Shown here piece after piece: positions 37,233 through 49,348 of a stretch of 64,000 bases of DNA. Origin of the DNA: Octopus vulgaris (taxonomy: Eukaryota); NCBI GenBank assembly GCA_951406725.2, contig OX597841.1:14694001-14758000 (forward strand), in the 5' to 3' direction. Position 1 is the first letter of the stretch, and each line of letters opens with the position of its first letter. A model generated the notes under the pieces. The model saw only the letters and a list, made by a program, of their open reading frames with translations, was not told where the DNA came from and ran no database searches. The translations under genes and the position numbers were made by a program.

Positions 37233-39515
37233 TTAGAAATATTTCCCCAAAATAATTTTGGCCAGTTTCTGCTTAGATTTTGAGTATTTCTTGATGGAAT
37301 GAAGATTGGCGTGGGTCTTCAGCTGCGACTGGGACTTAAAGGTCATGTCGCAGTCATTTAAGGGACACTGGAAGATGGGGTGAGATTTGGAACGGTGACT
37401 AGAGTGGTCTTTCACATGCAAGTCAAGTTTAGATTTTTCCAAGAACACCTGGCCACAACCAGGTTTGGGGCAGGAAAATGAGTTGCGTGCCGCCGAAGGG
37501 TGGCTTCTCAGGTGCTGACTGAGCAGCGAACTGCTGAAGAATATGTCCCCGCATATGGAACAGAGAAGTTTTTGGTGGAGGTAAGTCGGTCCTTGTGCTG
37601 TGGTCGCAGTGGAGCTTGGCAATTGGTGTTTTTGACTGGGGGTTTGGGTTGGCGTTTGTGAGGAATGGTGGGATGGAGAAGTGGAAGAAATACATGAAGA
37701 TGCGTTACTGCGGCTGCCGCCACTGTTACTACTGTTATTCCAAGGTTGGTGTTTGGAGGAAGGCCTCGAACTTCTGAACACTTCGACGCAGTCTTTGGTT
37801 GAATAAAGAATATCGTCCATTTGTTGTTTGGCAGAACTATCCATGGAAGCAGAACACTGCATCTCCGTGTGGTAAAACAGATGAATTTTCAAAGAAGAAG
37901 CGGACACAAATTCTTTGCCACAACTTTTGACAGAACAGATGTATTTATTTGTTGGTTTCTTCACTGAATTCTGGCTGGGATACCCAGGGGTGGAACTGTC
38001 TTGACTCTGTGGATGGGTTACGGAGGTAATTACCGTTTCCTTATGGCAACTGCTTGACTGTCTGTGACCAGAATCAGCGAATTTAATATTTGTCGTCGGG
38101 AGAGGAGTGCGACTAGGTTTAATCTTGTTAACTTCGGTTGCCACTTCTTTCGGTGAATTCAAATTCATTTTATCCTGGTTGGTGTTGCTGCAACATTGAG
38201 CAGTCGTCGTTGTCTGGGTGGGTTTGATCTGGCTGCTACCGGGTGGTTTTGATGACGCTAAATGAATGACAGTGTCACGAGGAGGTGGTTTCAAGTTGGT
38301 GGCCGTCCTCTCTTTGTCGGCATTACAGATTTCTTGTGACCCTTTATCACAACTGCGGTCTGCAACCTTGACATCATTCGAGACTGGAGAAATTACTGAA
38401 ACCTTTGAGGGTTGATTAGGGGCTTTAGGGCCATCTGTGCGGCCTGTGTCAGGGGCTTTAGGTCCATCTGTGTGGCCTGTGCCCAGGGAGTGGCTAGCAT
38501 TAATGTTATCAGTAACAACTTTAGAAATAACAGAATTCTTATCTGTCGGCAGAACTGGTGAGACGAGTTCTTTGCTACGGCAGGTTGATGTAGCTGTAGG
38601 GGGTACATAACCAGACAGTCGACTCGCCAGGGATCTTTTACGGTGGCCTTTTTTGGGGTATTTTTTCTTCAGGGGATGAACACGACTATGGCTCTTCACG
38701 TGCTCCAACATTTTATGCTTGAATGGAAAACTGCGGCTACAGCCCTCATTGGAGCAAGGAAATCGACGGCCATCATGATAGGACTTCATGTGGGCGACAA
38801 GGTTTCGTTTCATTGTGTAGTAACGTCCGCAACCATCTCGCGAACATATGAACACCTCACGCGTCTCTGAATGCACTTTAATATGTTTCTTTAAACATAA
38901 TTTCGAAGCAAATACTTTATCACAGTGTGGACATTTCTGTAGTGGCCGATGGTGGGTCGATCGGTGTTTAATTAACTGCGTCCACTTTTCAAATGTCTCT
39001 GCACAATGTTCGCATTTGTATCCATCGTGCACCTTCATGTGTCTTTTGAAATGACTGAAGACGCGAAAGGATTTCTTACAACTAGACAGCATGCAAGAGA
39101 AAGGGTTCACCCCGCTGTGTTCAAACTCATGTTGTTTTAATCCGTGGTGCTTTTTGAAAACTTTTCCACAACCTTCGACTGGACATTTATAATTTTTACT
39201 CTGCTCGTGCACGTTGCGTACATGCACGCGCAGATTCTGCAAGTTCTGGAATGTTTTTGAGCAGCCGTTTTCAGAACACGTTAGCCTCTCCCTGGAACCG
39301 GCCGACTGGGAAGCTGAACACCATTTTAAGTGTCGGTTGAGGTGGTCTTTTCTGGAGTAGGTCTTGCCACAGCCTTCATTTGCGCAATGAAATGGTCTCT
39401 CTCCCGTGTGCTGACGGATGTGTTGGTCAAGGTAAAGCTTCTTACTAAATATCTTAGAACATCCGCCCACAGAGCACACATAGGTCGTCCGGGTATTTTG
39501 GTTGGAAGAACTCAT
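37233..39515 (-). CDS. GTF3A: Transcription factor IIIA-like C2H2 zinc-finger protein with extended C-terminus (760 aa)
   Basis: Nine tandem fingers with TFIIIA spacing (HTGERPF, FEKWT, REVFIC) followed by KRSLASRLSGYVPP; four additional fingers; uninterrupted ORF; acceptor 24 nt upstream of ATG. Confidence 0.85.
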   Translation of the reverse strand: MSSSNQNTRTTYVCSVGGCSKIFSKKLYLDQHIRQHTGERPFHCANEGCGKTYSRKDHLNRHLKWCSASQSAGSRERLTCSENGCSKTFQNLQNLRVHVRNVHEQSKNYKCPVEGCGKVFKKHHGLKQHEFEHSGVNPFSCMLSSCKKSFRVFSHFKRHMKVHDGYKCEHCAETFEKWTQLIKHRSTHHRPLQKCPHCDKVFASKLCLKKHIKVHSETREVFICSRDGCGRYYTMKRNLVAHMKSYHDGRRFPCSNEGCSRSFPFKHKMLEHVKSHSRVHPLKKKYPKKGHRKRSLASRLSGYVPPTATSTCRSKELVSPVLPTDKNSVISKVVTDNINASHSLGTGHTDGPKAPDTGRTDGPKAPNQPSKVSVISPVSNDVKVADRSCDKGSQEICNADKERTATNLKPPPRDTVIHLASSKPPGSSQIKPTQTTTTAQCCSNTNQDKMNLNSPKEVATEVNKIKPSRTPLPTTNIKFADSGHRQSSSCHKETVITSVTHPQSQDSSTPGYPSQNSVKKPTNKYICSVKSCGKEFVSASSLKIHLFYHTEMQCSASMDSSAKQQMDDILYSTKDCVEVFRSSRPSSKHQPWNNSSNSGGSRSNASSCISSTSPSHHSSQTPTQTPSQKHQLPSSTATTAQGPTYLHQKLLCSICGDIFFSSSLLSQHLRSHPSAARNSFSCPKPGCGQVFLEKSKLDLHVKDHSSHRSKSHPIFQCPLNDCDMTFKSQSQLKTHANLHSIKKYSKSKQKLAKIILGKYF

Positions 39516-40611
39516 TCCGAATGTTCAAGATATATACACCTAGACGTAGACAAAAACATAAAAAATGTCTGATTTCAGCCTAATGAGCCTCGCGGCAGTA
39601 AAAGACAGGAAAAAAAATGGAGGGAATAAGGTGGGATACGGCACACGTTAATTAAATGACATAATCTTTGGTGGCACACCTGTGCAAACAAACAGTTCGT
39701 CTTATACAGTCTTGCAGGAAATGGAGAGAGAGAGAGAGAAAAAAATGGTATTAACAGAAGAATTCGGGGAATTATTGATGTTGGGTCAGTTAAAAGTTAT
39801 ACGTAGGAATTGAAAGAGTGGAATAAATTTGATGGCGAGAAGAATTAGGCGCCGCCGGGGAGGGCGGGAGACGGTCTGGAATTCCACCGTTTCGGGTAGA
39901 AGAACATTTCATGGAAAAAAAAAAAAAAAAAGGAAGAAAAAATGGAAATCAAAATGTGAAACAGCAGACTTTGGGAGGTAATTTGGATGCAATAATTAGT
40001 CAAAGAATTTGGCATAAATGAAACGAAACATAATCAGGCTTGGTAAGGCGTAGAATGAATTAAAACAAAATTGTCATCTCTGGTTCTTTGTATCCATAAT
40101 ACAACACCAAATTCTTCAGTTCTTGTATATATGTCCGGGTACAATAACCGGGTATATATATATATATATATATATATAAAGTTCGTTATATACACGTCTA
40201 TGATGTAGATTTCAAATGCATATACAGTGTTAGGTGTTGTATGTACACAGCTAGAGATAAAACTGGCACTGGTGAGTTTTAGAGTTCCATGAAGAATACA
40301 ATAGTCCAATGTTTAGCATAATTTCTCATGTATATATATACACGTCGGAGTGTGTGCATACATACATATATACACACACTCACCAAGATATAGCCTTGTT
40401 AATGTGTGTATAAGTGCTTTATAGTCAATATGTATATACACATGGAATATATACACACATTATATGTATATGTATATATATATGTGTGTATGTATATATA
40501 TATATATATATTTATATATACACACACACACCAAGATATAGCCTTGTTAATGTGTGTATAAGTGCTTTAAAGTTATTATGTATATACACATGGAATAACT
40601 CTATACACACA

Positions 40612-40655
<44 letters not shown>

Positions 40656-41637
40656 ATGTATGTATATATGTATGTATATATATATATATATATTTTATAT
40701 ACACACACAAACGTGGTTTTCTATACAATGCCACCAAAGAGCAGGTGCTTTCCCGAGTTAATTTGAATATATTTAAATACTGTTCGGAATCATGAATGTG
40801 TGTGTATATATGTATGTATGTATAAATAGTGGTGTGTATATATATAGTTATGTCAAGAATGCGTGATTTACCCAATGGACTTTGTTGGTGGCTGTTGAGG
40901 TCCGGTGATGGAAGATTCTGCCGGAATTGATTCCAGATCGCTGTTATTTAGCCCGAGGTCAGCCCTGAAAGAGGAGACCTGCGACGAAGATGAGTTCCAA
41001 CCGAGGCCATCCAGTCATATAATTGTATGGTGAGAAGGGTGATGATCTATGATCTATATATGCATGTGTGTATAATTACATTGTTGGGTTTTGTTTTCCC
41101 TCTTTCTTTTAAAGGGGTTAGTACGTGTCGAGGGAGAGTTTAGCTGCTATTGCTAGCAGGTCGAGCTTCCACCGTTGCACAGGTTTTTTTCCCTCGCTGA
41201 ATGGAGAGAGAGAAAAGGAGACAGAGATAGAGAGCGACGGAGAGAGAGAGGTAGATAGAGAGGAATGTAAAGGGAGGGAAAGGGGGAAAAAATCAGGGAG
41301 GGAGGAGGAGAGGAAGCGAGAGAGATAGGGACACAGAAAGAGGGAGAGAGATAGAGAGAAATATAAAGGGAGGGAAAGGGAAAAAAAAATCAGAGAGACA
41401 AAGGGAAGGAGGGAGAGAGGAAGCGAGAGAGATAGGGACACAGAAAGAGGAAGAGACAGAGAGATAGATAGGACTATAAAGGGAGGGAAAGGGGAAAAAT
41501 CAGAGAGAGAAAGCGAAGGAGGAGGAGAGGAATCGAGAGAGATAGGGACACAGAAAGAGGGAGAGACAGAGAGATAGAGAAAGACAGAGCTAGAGAGAGG
41601 GAGAGAGAGAGAAGTGAAAGGGGACAGATATTCTTAC

Positions 41638-41695
41638 GTTTGATAACCGGTAAAGTCAGAGTAGTGAATAAAAGAGGGAGCCATTCATCGCAATT
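41638..41695 (-). other. Candidate 5'UTR exon of the TFIIIA-like gene (another candidate donor at 46277)
   Basis: ttttctag|AATTGCGATG...TCAAAC|gtaag on minus strand; contains a short uORF. Confidence 0.35.
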
Positions 41696-42165
41696 CTAGA
41701 AAAAGGGGTTCCGACACCAAAGAAATATTAACTTCAAGACATCATCACCATCATTGACATCAACGTACAGAGCACAATATAAGAAGCCGATATGGAGAGA
41801 AATATTTTAGACACGATAAAGATAATAAATATATTTAAGAAATTTTTTTTCAGGCTAACGAGAATAGAAATTTCCACACGAAAAGATATTTGAAAAAAGG
41901 TGAAAAAAAAGAAAATTATCCAATTACCATGATGCCTTGTGCTGCACTGCTCTTTCACTATACTAGTAGCGACACCTAACTATTTATACTGACAACTAAG
42001 CTGTACGTAGCATTGTAATTATCTCCCCCTTTACGACTCGACCACGCCGTCCGGACGTTCAATAGAACGACAGAGACGGTGTGAGGGGGGCTGAGATGAG
42101 GGCAGGGTCTTTACGTGGTCGCTAGGTTTGCTAGAAATAGAAGTCAGATCGGATCTCCCTTATTC

Positions 42166-42535
42166 AACGATTTGCGTCGAAAATTGCGAAGGTAACGATT
42201 AGCGTCGGGACTGGCAATAGTCACGATTACCTTTGAAAACGGTAATGTTAATGATTAGAGAGAGAAAAAATGGTAATGGTAAGAATATCGACAGATATGA
42301 TAAAGGTTAAGAATGGCGTCTGTAAGGGCAATACTGACGATCAGCGTCGGAAATGGTAATTGCAATGGTTGCCGTTGAAAATGGGTGATAGTGACTGTTC
42401 CTGTCAAGGATATCAATGGTAAAGATTAGCGTCAAGCAAAGAGAATGGTAACGATGTCTCAATTAGCGACAGGAATATCAACGGCAAGGACTAAGTTTGT
42501 GTATTGTAATGGTAACGATTAGCGTCGGAAATAGT
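42166..42535. repeat. Degenerate ~28-bp tandem repeat (~13 units)
   Basis: Consensus near aacgattagcgtcggaaatggtaatggt. Confidence 0.7.
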
Positions 42536-43993
42536 CTTCAGTATTTTAGCGCCACCTAACGATTTATACTGGCAACAAACACCCAATTATGTAAATTATC
42601 TCCCCTTTCACATCTCATGCGGATAGCGTCAAGAAGATGGTATGAGGGGGGAGTGAGGGCTCTTTACCTGATCGCTGCGTCTGCTAGAAATAGAAGTCAG
42701 ATCTCTTTCAAATCACAACATACTTTTATTATGTATTATAAAGTTACAGCGTGAAAAAAAAAAAATTAAAGGAAACTTCAGAAGAAGTCAAAGTCAGCAA
42801 AATAAGAAAGAAAAGAAGGGAATTGAAGTAAGAAAATAGTTTTAGGTACTTATAACTGGAGTAAATACAAAAATAGACTTCGATATCCGGTAGACGAAAC
42901 GAAAATATATAAATATTTGAAAGTTACGTATGTCTTGAAACAGAAATACATTTTATGGCATAGCTAGACAAGTGTTCAATCACACATACATACATGAATT
43001 TGTTTCCTCATAACTTCCAGAAAAAAGGGAAGTTTTTAATAAAATTTTCTACGGAAAAAGAAAAAAATTGTTTTCCAACTACATGGTTCCGGGTTCAGTC
43101 CCACTGCGTGACACCTTGGGCAAATGTCTTCTACAATAGCCTTGGGCCGACCAAAGCCTTATGAGTGGATTTAATAGACAGAAACGGAAAAAGTCCTTCG
43201 TGTGTCTGTGTTTGTCCCTCCAGCCACCACCATCGCTTGACAACCGATGCTGGTGTGTTTACGTCCCCGTAACCTAGCGGTTCGGCAAAAGAGAACGGTA
43301 GAATAAGTACTAGGCTTACATAGAGTAAGTCCTGGGATCCTCGATGAATTTCTTCAGCTAAAACCTTTTTAAGGTTGTGCTCCAGCATGGCCGCAGTCGA
43401 ATAGCTGAAACCTGTAAAAGAATGAAAGAACGGTGCAGACTCCGATTACATTGGAATTTATGGTGAAAAGTTTTTTCCGACGATCGGGAGAGGAGTTTCG
43501 GAAAATTCACACAAATTACCTTTGTTTCCTCATAACTTCAAGGAAAATGGTTAATTTTTAATGAAATTTCCTACAAATACCTTTCAGAGTAGATCAAGAA
43601 TTATACCGGAATTTAATGCGAAAAGCCAAATTGGTGGCCTCACACACATACATACTGACTCACATCGCATATACTCTTTTACTTGTGTCAGTCATTTGAC
43701 TGCGGCCGTGCTGGAGCACCGCCTTTAATCGAGCAACTCGACCCCGGGACTTATTCTTTTTGTAAGCCCAGTACTTATTCTATCGGTATCTTTTGCCGAA
43801 CCGCTAAGTGACGGAGACGTAAACACACCAGCATCGGTTGTCAATCAATGCTAGGGCGACAGACACACACACATACACATATATACATATATATGACGGG
43901 CTTCTTTCAGTTTCCGTCTACCACATTCACCTACAAGGCTTCGATCGGCTCGGGGGCCTATAGTAAGAGATACTGCGAAGTGGGACTGAACTC

Positions 43994-44746
43994 GGATCTT
44001 TTCACTTTGATTGGTTGAAATTGCCGAAATGCAAGAACTTAAACAAGAAATATCTTACAAACTACAGAATTTTCTCAAGAAAGCCAAGAGAAAAAGATGT
44101 TTTATGTAACACATTCTACCAGTATACGAAGTTTAAAAGTGTTTAGTTACAAAGAAATTAGGCAATCTTTCGTCTCTAGTAGACCTTTCCGTCGATTTCC
44201 GTAAAAATTTTTTTTTTTTTTACATATGGGCTTGCGGGAACTTTTGAAGTAATGAGAGCGAAAGAGACTAAGAGAAAGCGATTGTATGACGAGGAAAGTT
44301 CTTTTGAAGTTACCGTCCAGGGGAAGCATTGATGTACATGTGTGTGTGAGTGTGTTTGATGGGGGTGTGGGAGACGGACAGTATGTTGTGTAAGTGAAGT
44401 GCTTCTGTTAGTGTGTGTGAAGAGACAGAGTAATGTGTGAAAGAGAGAGATAACTGAAATTTTTTACTCGGTGTATGTGTATATGTATGTATGTATGTAT
44501 CTATGTATGTGTGTGTGTATCTATGTGTGTGTGTGTAAGTATGTGTGTATGTATGTATGTATGGCCGATTCAGTGTAATTTTTTACTCGGTGTATGTGTA
44601 TATGTATGTATATTACTTCAAAAGTTCCTGCAAGCCCATATGTAAAAAAAAAAAATTTTTTTACGGAAATCGACGGAAAGGTCTACTAGAGACGAAAGAT
44701 CGCCAGAAATTATTTTCTAAATCTGCCTGTCAAAGTGAAAAGATCC
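43994..44746. mobile_element. MITE (GGATCTTTTCACTTTGA TIR) with nested MITE at 44161-44704
   Basis: Inner ~95-bp TIRs flanked by perfect 8-bp TSD AGAAATTA; outer TIRs related to 3404-3909 element. Confidence 0.8.
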
Positions 44747-45196
44747 CAGATCCCTGGACCCAAGACCATACAGTTGCGAAGCTAGCTTCTTCACCGCACA
44801 GCCGATGCCCGAGAATGAATTTCGTTGCTATTTCTAGCAGCCCTGGCGACCACATAGGGGCCTCCACTCCTGGTGGTGGCCGGTTGTCGTCGTTCAAAAG
44901 TGACGGCAGCGAATTCCACGCTGGAAGTTTACCCGTTGTCAAAGTTACGTCACTGCCACACTATAAATAACATACACACACACATACACATATATTCACA
45001 CACACACACACACACGCATACATTCAAACTCTTTGTTTTCCCTCCTCTTAGCTCTCTCTCTCCCTCTCTCTTCCATTCTCTTTCTCTCTATTTCATTGCC
45101 TTTTCCTCCACCTCTCTTTGCTCTTCCTCTCTTTCACTCTCATATTTTTTCGACATTCGCTCCTTCTTGCCTCACTCTCTCTGTCTTTCTTTCTTT

Positions 45197-45235
<39 letters not shown>

Positions 45236-45739
45236 ATTCTGCCTCACCCTTTCCCGTGACAACTCCCCTTCTCTTTCCTTTCCACGCTGTCTCTTTCTCC
45301 CCTCCTCCTACTCCTCGCTCTCTCTCTCTCTCTCTCTCTACCCACTTAATATCTTTCTTTCGCTCTCTCTCCTTCACTTACACGTCACTCTCTTTTTCCT
45401 CCCTGTTTATCTCTTACCTTCTCCCCCTCGCTTGTACCTCACTCTTTCAATACCTTCCCATTTCTGTCTCCTCCCTGCATTCTCCCTCTCTCTCACAAAC
45501 ATACTCGACCAACATTTTTCTCTCCTCCCCTTCAATCTCTTTCCATCCCACTTACTCTGTCTATCTCTCCTTTTCACCCTCTCATTTTCTCTTCCTCTCT
45601 CTCTCTCTTTTTCTCACCCTGTCTTCTCGTCTCTCTCTCTCTCTTTCCTTCTCTTATCTCTTATTTTCGTTCTCTCTCTCTCTCTCTCTCACCCCGTCTT
45701 CTCGTCTCTCTCCCTCTCTTTCCCTCTGCTTATCCCTTA

Positions 45740-45778
<39 letters not shown>

Positions 45779-45894
45779 CGTCTTCTCGTCTCTCTCCCTC
45801 TCTTTCCCTCTGTTTATCTCTTACTTTCATTCTCTCTCTCTTTCTCTCTCTCTCTCTGTCATAACCCACACCTCTTTCCTTCTCTTATCTCTTA

Positions 45895-45927
<33 letters not shown>

Positions 45928-45971
45928 ATAACCCACACCTTCTCTTTCCTTCTCCTTATCTCTTACTTTCA

Positions 45972-46002
<31 letters not shown>

Positions 46003-46592
46003 ATAACCCACACCTTCTCTTCCATCCTGTCGTCCTCTTTACTCCCTCCTTCTCTCCCACACTACTCTTCCGAGCTAATATCTATTTCCTTCTTCCAACA
46101 TCGAAACACCCACAAAACACGATAAATCAGACATTCACCAAACACATCACTCATTTTATTGGCCACAACGAAAGAAAAAACAACAACAACAAACAAACGA
46201 GAAAAAAAAATGAACTCAAGTACTTTAATTGAAAACTCACTGTACAGTTTAAGAACTTAAGGGCCCAAACGCTTACCCGACGAGGGTTTCACCTCTGAAA
46301 ACCCGCTTTTCGGCTCTTTTGATTGATCCCTACAACCCGATATTTGTGATCGTTGTTTCTTCTTATTGACCAAAGGACTTCTCTGGACTTCTCTGTCTTT
46401 CCTACCAATACAACGACAATTACCGTTACCCTCTTATTCAGCACAAATATCACAACTATACCTTTTCCTCTCATTGTTGTTGTTTGGTTAATTCGATACG
46501 AAATCTCAGAAAGTTTTCCATCACAAACATTATGTAAGTACAATATAATTATTTTTATCTTTCTATCTTTTAGCTGTTTTCAGTCATTAGAC

Positions 46593-46811
46593 CAGTGCTT
46601 TTCAAACTTTTTGCTGGAGCGGAACCCCAAGGAAACATTCCACCGGCTCGGGGAACCCCTGTGCAATAATTTAATAGTCTTATGCACACATATCTGCACA
46701 GGAGAATTAAAAATTACTGCCGATTTTAGCATTTTTGTAACTTCTTGCGGAACCCCTGGACTGTACTGGCGGAACCCTAAGGTTCCGCGGAACCCTGGTT
46801 GATAACCACTG
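46593..46811. mobile_element. hAT-type MITE
   Basis: CAGTG...CACTG termini with 8-bp TSD CATTAGAC. Confidence 0.85.
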
Positions 46812-47949
46812 CATTAGACTATGGCCACGCTGGGGCTCCACCTTAAAAGGGTTTTAACTGAACGAATCGACCCTATACTTTTGTTTTTAAAGTCTGGTAC
46901 TTAACCTATCAGTGTCTTTTGACGAACCATTAAGTTAGGGGGATATGAACAAACCAACACCAGGTCTCAAGCGGTGGTGGGGGACAAACACACATACGTG
47001 TGTGTGTGTATGTTTTTTTTTTGGGGGGGGGGGTATTTAGAGAGAGAGATAGTGAACAGGCTTCTTTCAGTTTCTGTCTACCAAATTCACTCAAGAATTT
47101 GGTCGGCCCGAAGTTATTGAAAAGACACGTGCCCAAGGTGCCACGCAGTGGGATTGAACCCGCAACCATGTAGTTGAGATACAAACTTCTTGGCTATATC
47201 TTGAAGGGTCGCCCTTTTCTTTTCTACTCTAGGGTCACCCTATTCTTTTCTACACAAGGTTGAAATTCTTGAGGGAGGGTGCCAGTCGATTAGATCAACC
47301 TCACTACGCAACTAGTACTTATTTAATCGACCCCGAAAGGATGAAAGGCAAAGTCGACCTCGGCGGAATTTGAACTCAGAATGTAAAGACAGACAAAACA
47401 CCTATTTCTTTACTACCCACGAGGGGCTAAACACAGAGGGGACAAACAAGGACAGACAAAAGGATTAAGTCGATTACATCGACCCCAGTGCGTAACTGGT
47501 ACTTATTTAATCGACCCCAAAAGGATGAAAGGCAAAGTCGACCTCGGCGGAATTTGAACTCAGAACGTAACGACAGACGAAATACTGCTAAGCATTTCGC
47601 CTGGCGTGTTAACGATTCTGCCAGCTCGCCACCTTAACTTCATGGCTATTATTCCGCACCACGCAACCACTCCTGTGTTTACAAATGACAAACGGAAACA
47701 AAACAAGCAACTGTCTACTTAACCGACAAGTTAAACAAACAATTCATTAATAAGTTAGGCATTTAATTGATTAACTAATAATAAAGGAGTGGAATTTGAA
47801 TCAGTGCGTGTGTTATTGATATTGGCGTAATCGCTCTCCCTTGACGTTGCAACACACGAATTCACATAAAGGGCGTAACTTCGGTATAAGTACCGGAAGT
47901 ACTGGATACATTTCAAGAAAGTGTTTTTTTTATATATATGGGGGAGGGG

Positions 47950-48561
47950 GTAGGGCTTGTGTTAGGGTTTGTGTTAGGGTTAGGGTTTGTGTTAGGGTTT
48001 GTGTTAGGGTTAGGGTTTGTGTTAGGGTTAGGGTTAGGGTTTGTGTTAGGGTTAGGGTTTGTGTTAGGGTTAGGGTTAGGGTTAGGGTTAGGGTTAGGGT
48101 TAGAGTTTGTGTTAGGGTTAGGGTTTGTGTTAGGGTTAGGGTTTGTGTTAGGGTTAGGGTTGTGTTAGGTTAGGGTTAGGGTTAGGGTTAGGGTTTGTGT
48201 TAGGGTTAGGGTTTGTGTTAGGGTTAGGGTTTGTGTTAGGGTTTGGGTTAGAGTTTGTGTGAGGGTTAGGGTTTTTGTTAGGGTTTGTGTTGGGTTAGGG
48301 TTAGGGTTAGGGTTTGTGTTAGGGTTTGGGTTAGAGTTTGTGTGAGGGTTAGGGTTAGGGTTTGTGTTAGGGTTTGGTTTGTGTGAGGGTTAGGGTTTTT
48401 GTTAGGGTTTGTGTTGGGTTGGGGTTAGGGTTAGGGTTTGTGTTAGGGTTTGGGTTAGAGTTTGTGTGAGGGTTAGGGTTTGTGTTGGGTTAGGGTTAGG
48501 GTTAGGGTTTGTGTTAGGGTTAGGGTTAGGGTTTGGGTTAGGGTTAGGGTTAGGGTTAGGG
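47950..48561 (+). repeat. Interstitial telomeric-type array (TTAGGG)n with interspersed TTTGTG variants
   Basis: ~100 hexamers in register; bounded by inverted repeats at 47879-47893 and 48614-48628. Confidence 0.92.
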
Positions 48562-49066
48562 GTGGGAGAAAAGGGTTTCTCTTATTTTCAGAAATGTAAA
48601 CAAAATCACATGTGTACCTATACCGAAGGATATCCTTGTGGCTTATTTTGATATATATATATATATATATATATTTGTATCTATGTGTGTATCATTTTAT
48701 GTTTCTGTGTGTTTGTCCCCCCCACCCCACCCCAGCATCACTTGACAACCGATGTTGGTGTGTTTACGTCCCCATAACTTAGGAGTTCGGCAGAAGAGAC
48801 CCCCGATAGAATAAGTACTAAGCTTACAAAGAACAAGTCCTGAGGTCAATTTCTTTGACTAAAAGACAAAAAAAAAAAACCTTTCAAAGTAGTGCTCCAG
48901 TATGGTCGCAGTCAAATATCTGAAACGTGTAAAAGAATAATTGTTGTTGTTCTTGTTGTTGTGTCCTTTGTTCTTTTGTTTGTTATCTGTGTTTCTTTTT
49001 TTTTACTTTTATCCAGTTCTGCTGTGTCATCCACCACCACCACCACCGACTGCCACCACTACCGCC

Positions 49067-49348
49067 ATGACCACCATGACTGAAGGACTCCTCGACACCT
49101 CAAACATGGATGCTATTCTGCATCTTTACAAAGACCTCATCAACAGCGACGACCACTTTGTCTCCATAGGTGGACTGCAGAGGAATCTGCACAAACTGCC
49201 ATCGAAATCGATGGCCCCTTCTCAGCATCAGGTGACCGGCGGGGTCGATAACCATGGCAACGGCACCATGCAGTCACAATCCCCTCAGGAAGACTCCTCC
49301 GTGACACCTTCAACTGATGAACTCGTGCTTACGTTTGACATGCTCCCG
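49067..49348 (+). CDS. FBXO4: F-box only protein 4, first coding exon
   Basis: ACCGCCATG Kozak start, ends LTFDMLP|gtaaat (start of F-box); acceptor at 49016/49017. Confidence 0.75.

Noticed and set aside
47950-48561. True chromosome end or fusion site
   Set aside because: Single orientation, flanked by ordinary genic DNA and short inverted repeats, with no head-to-head CCCTAA junction.
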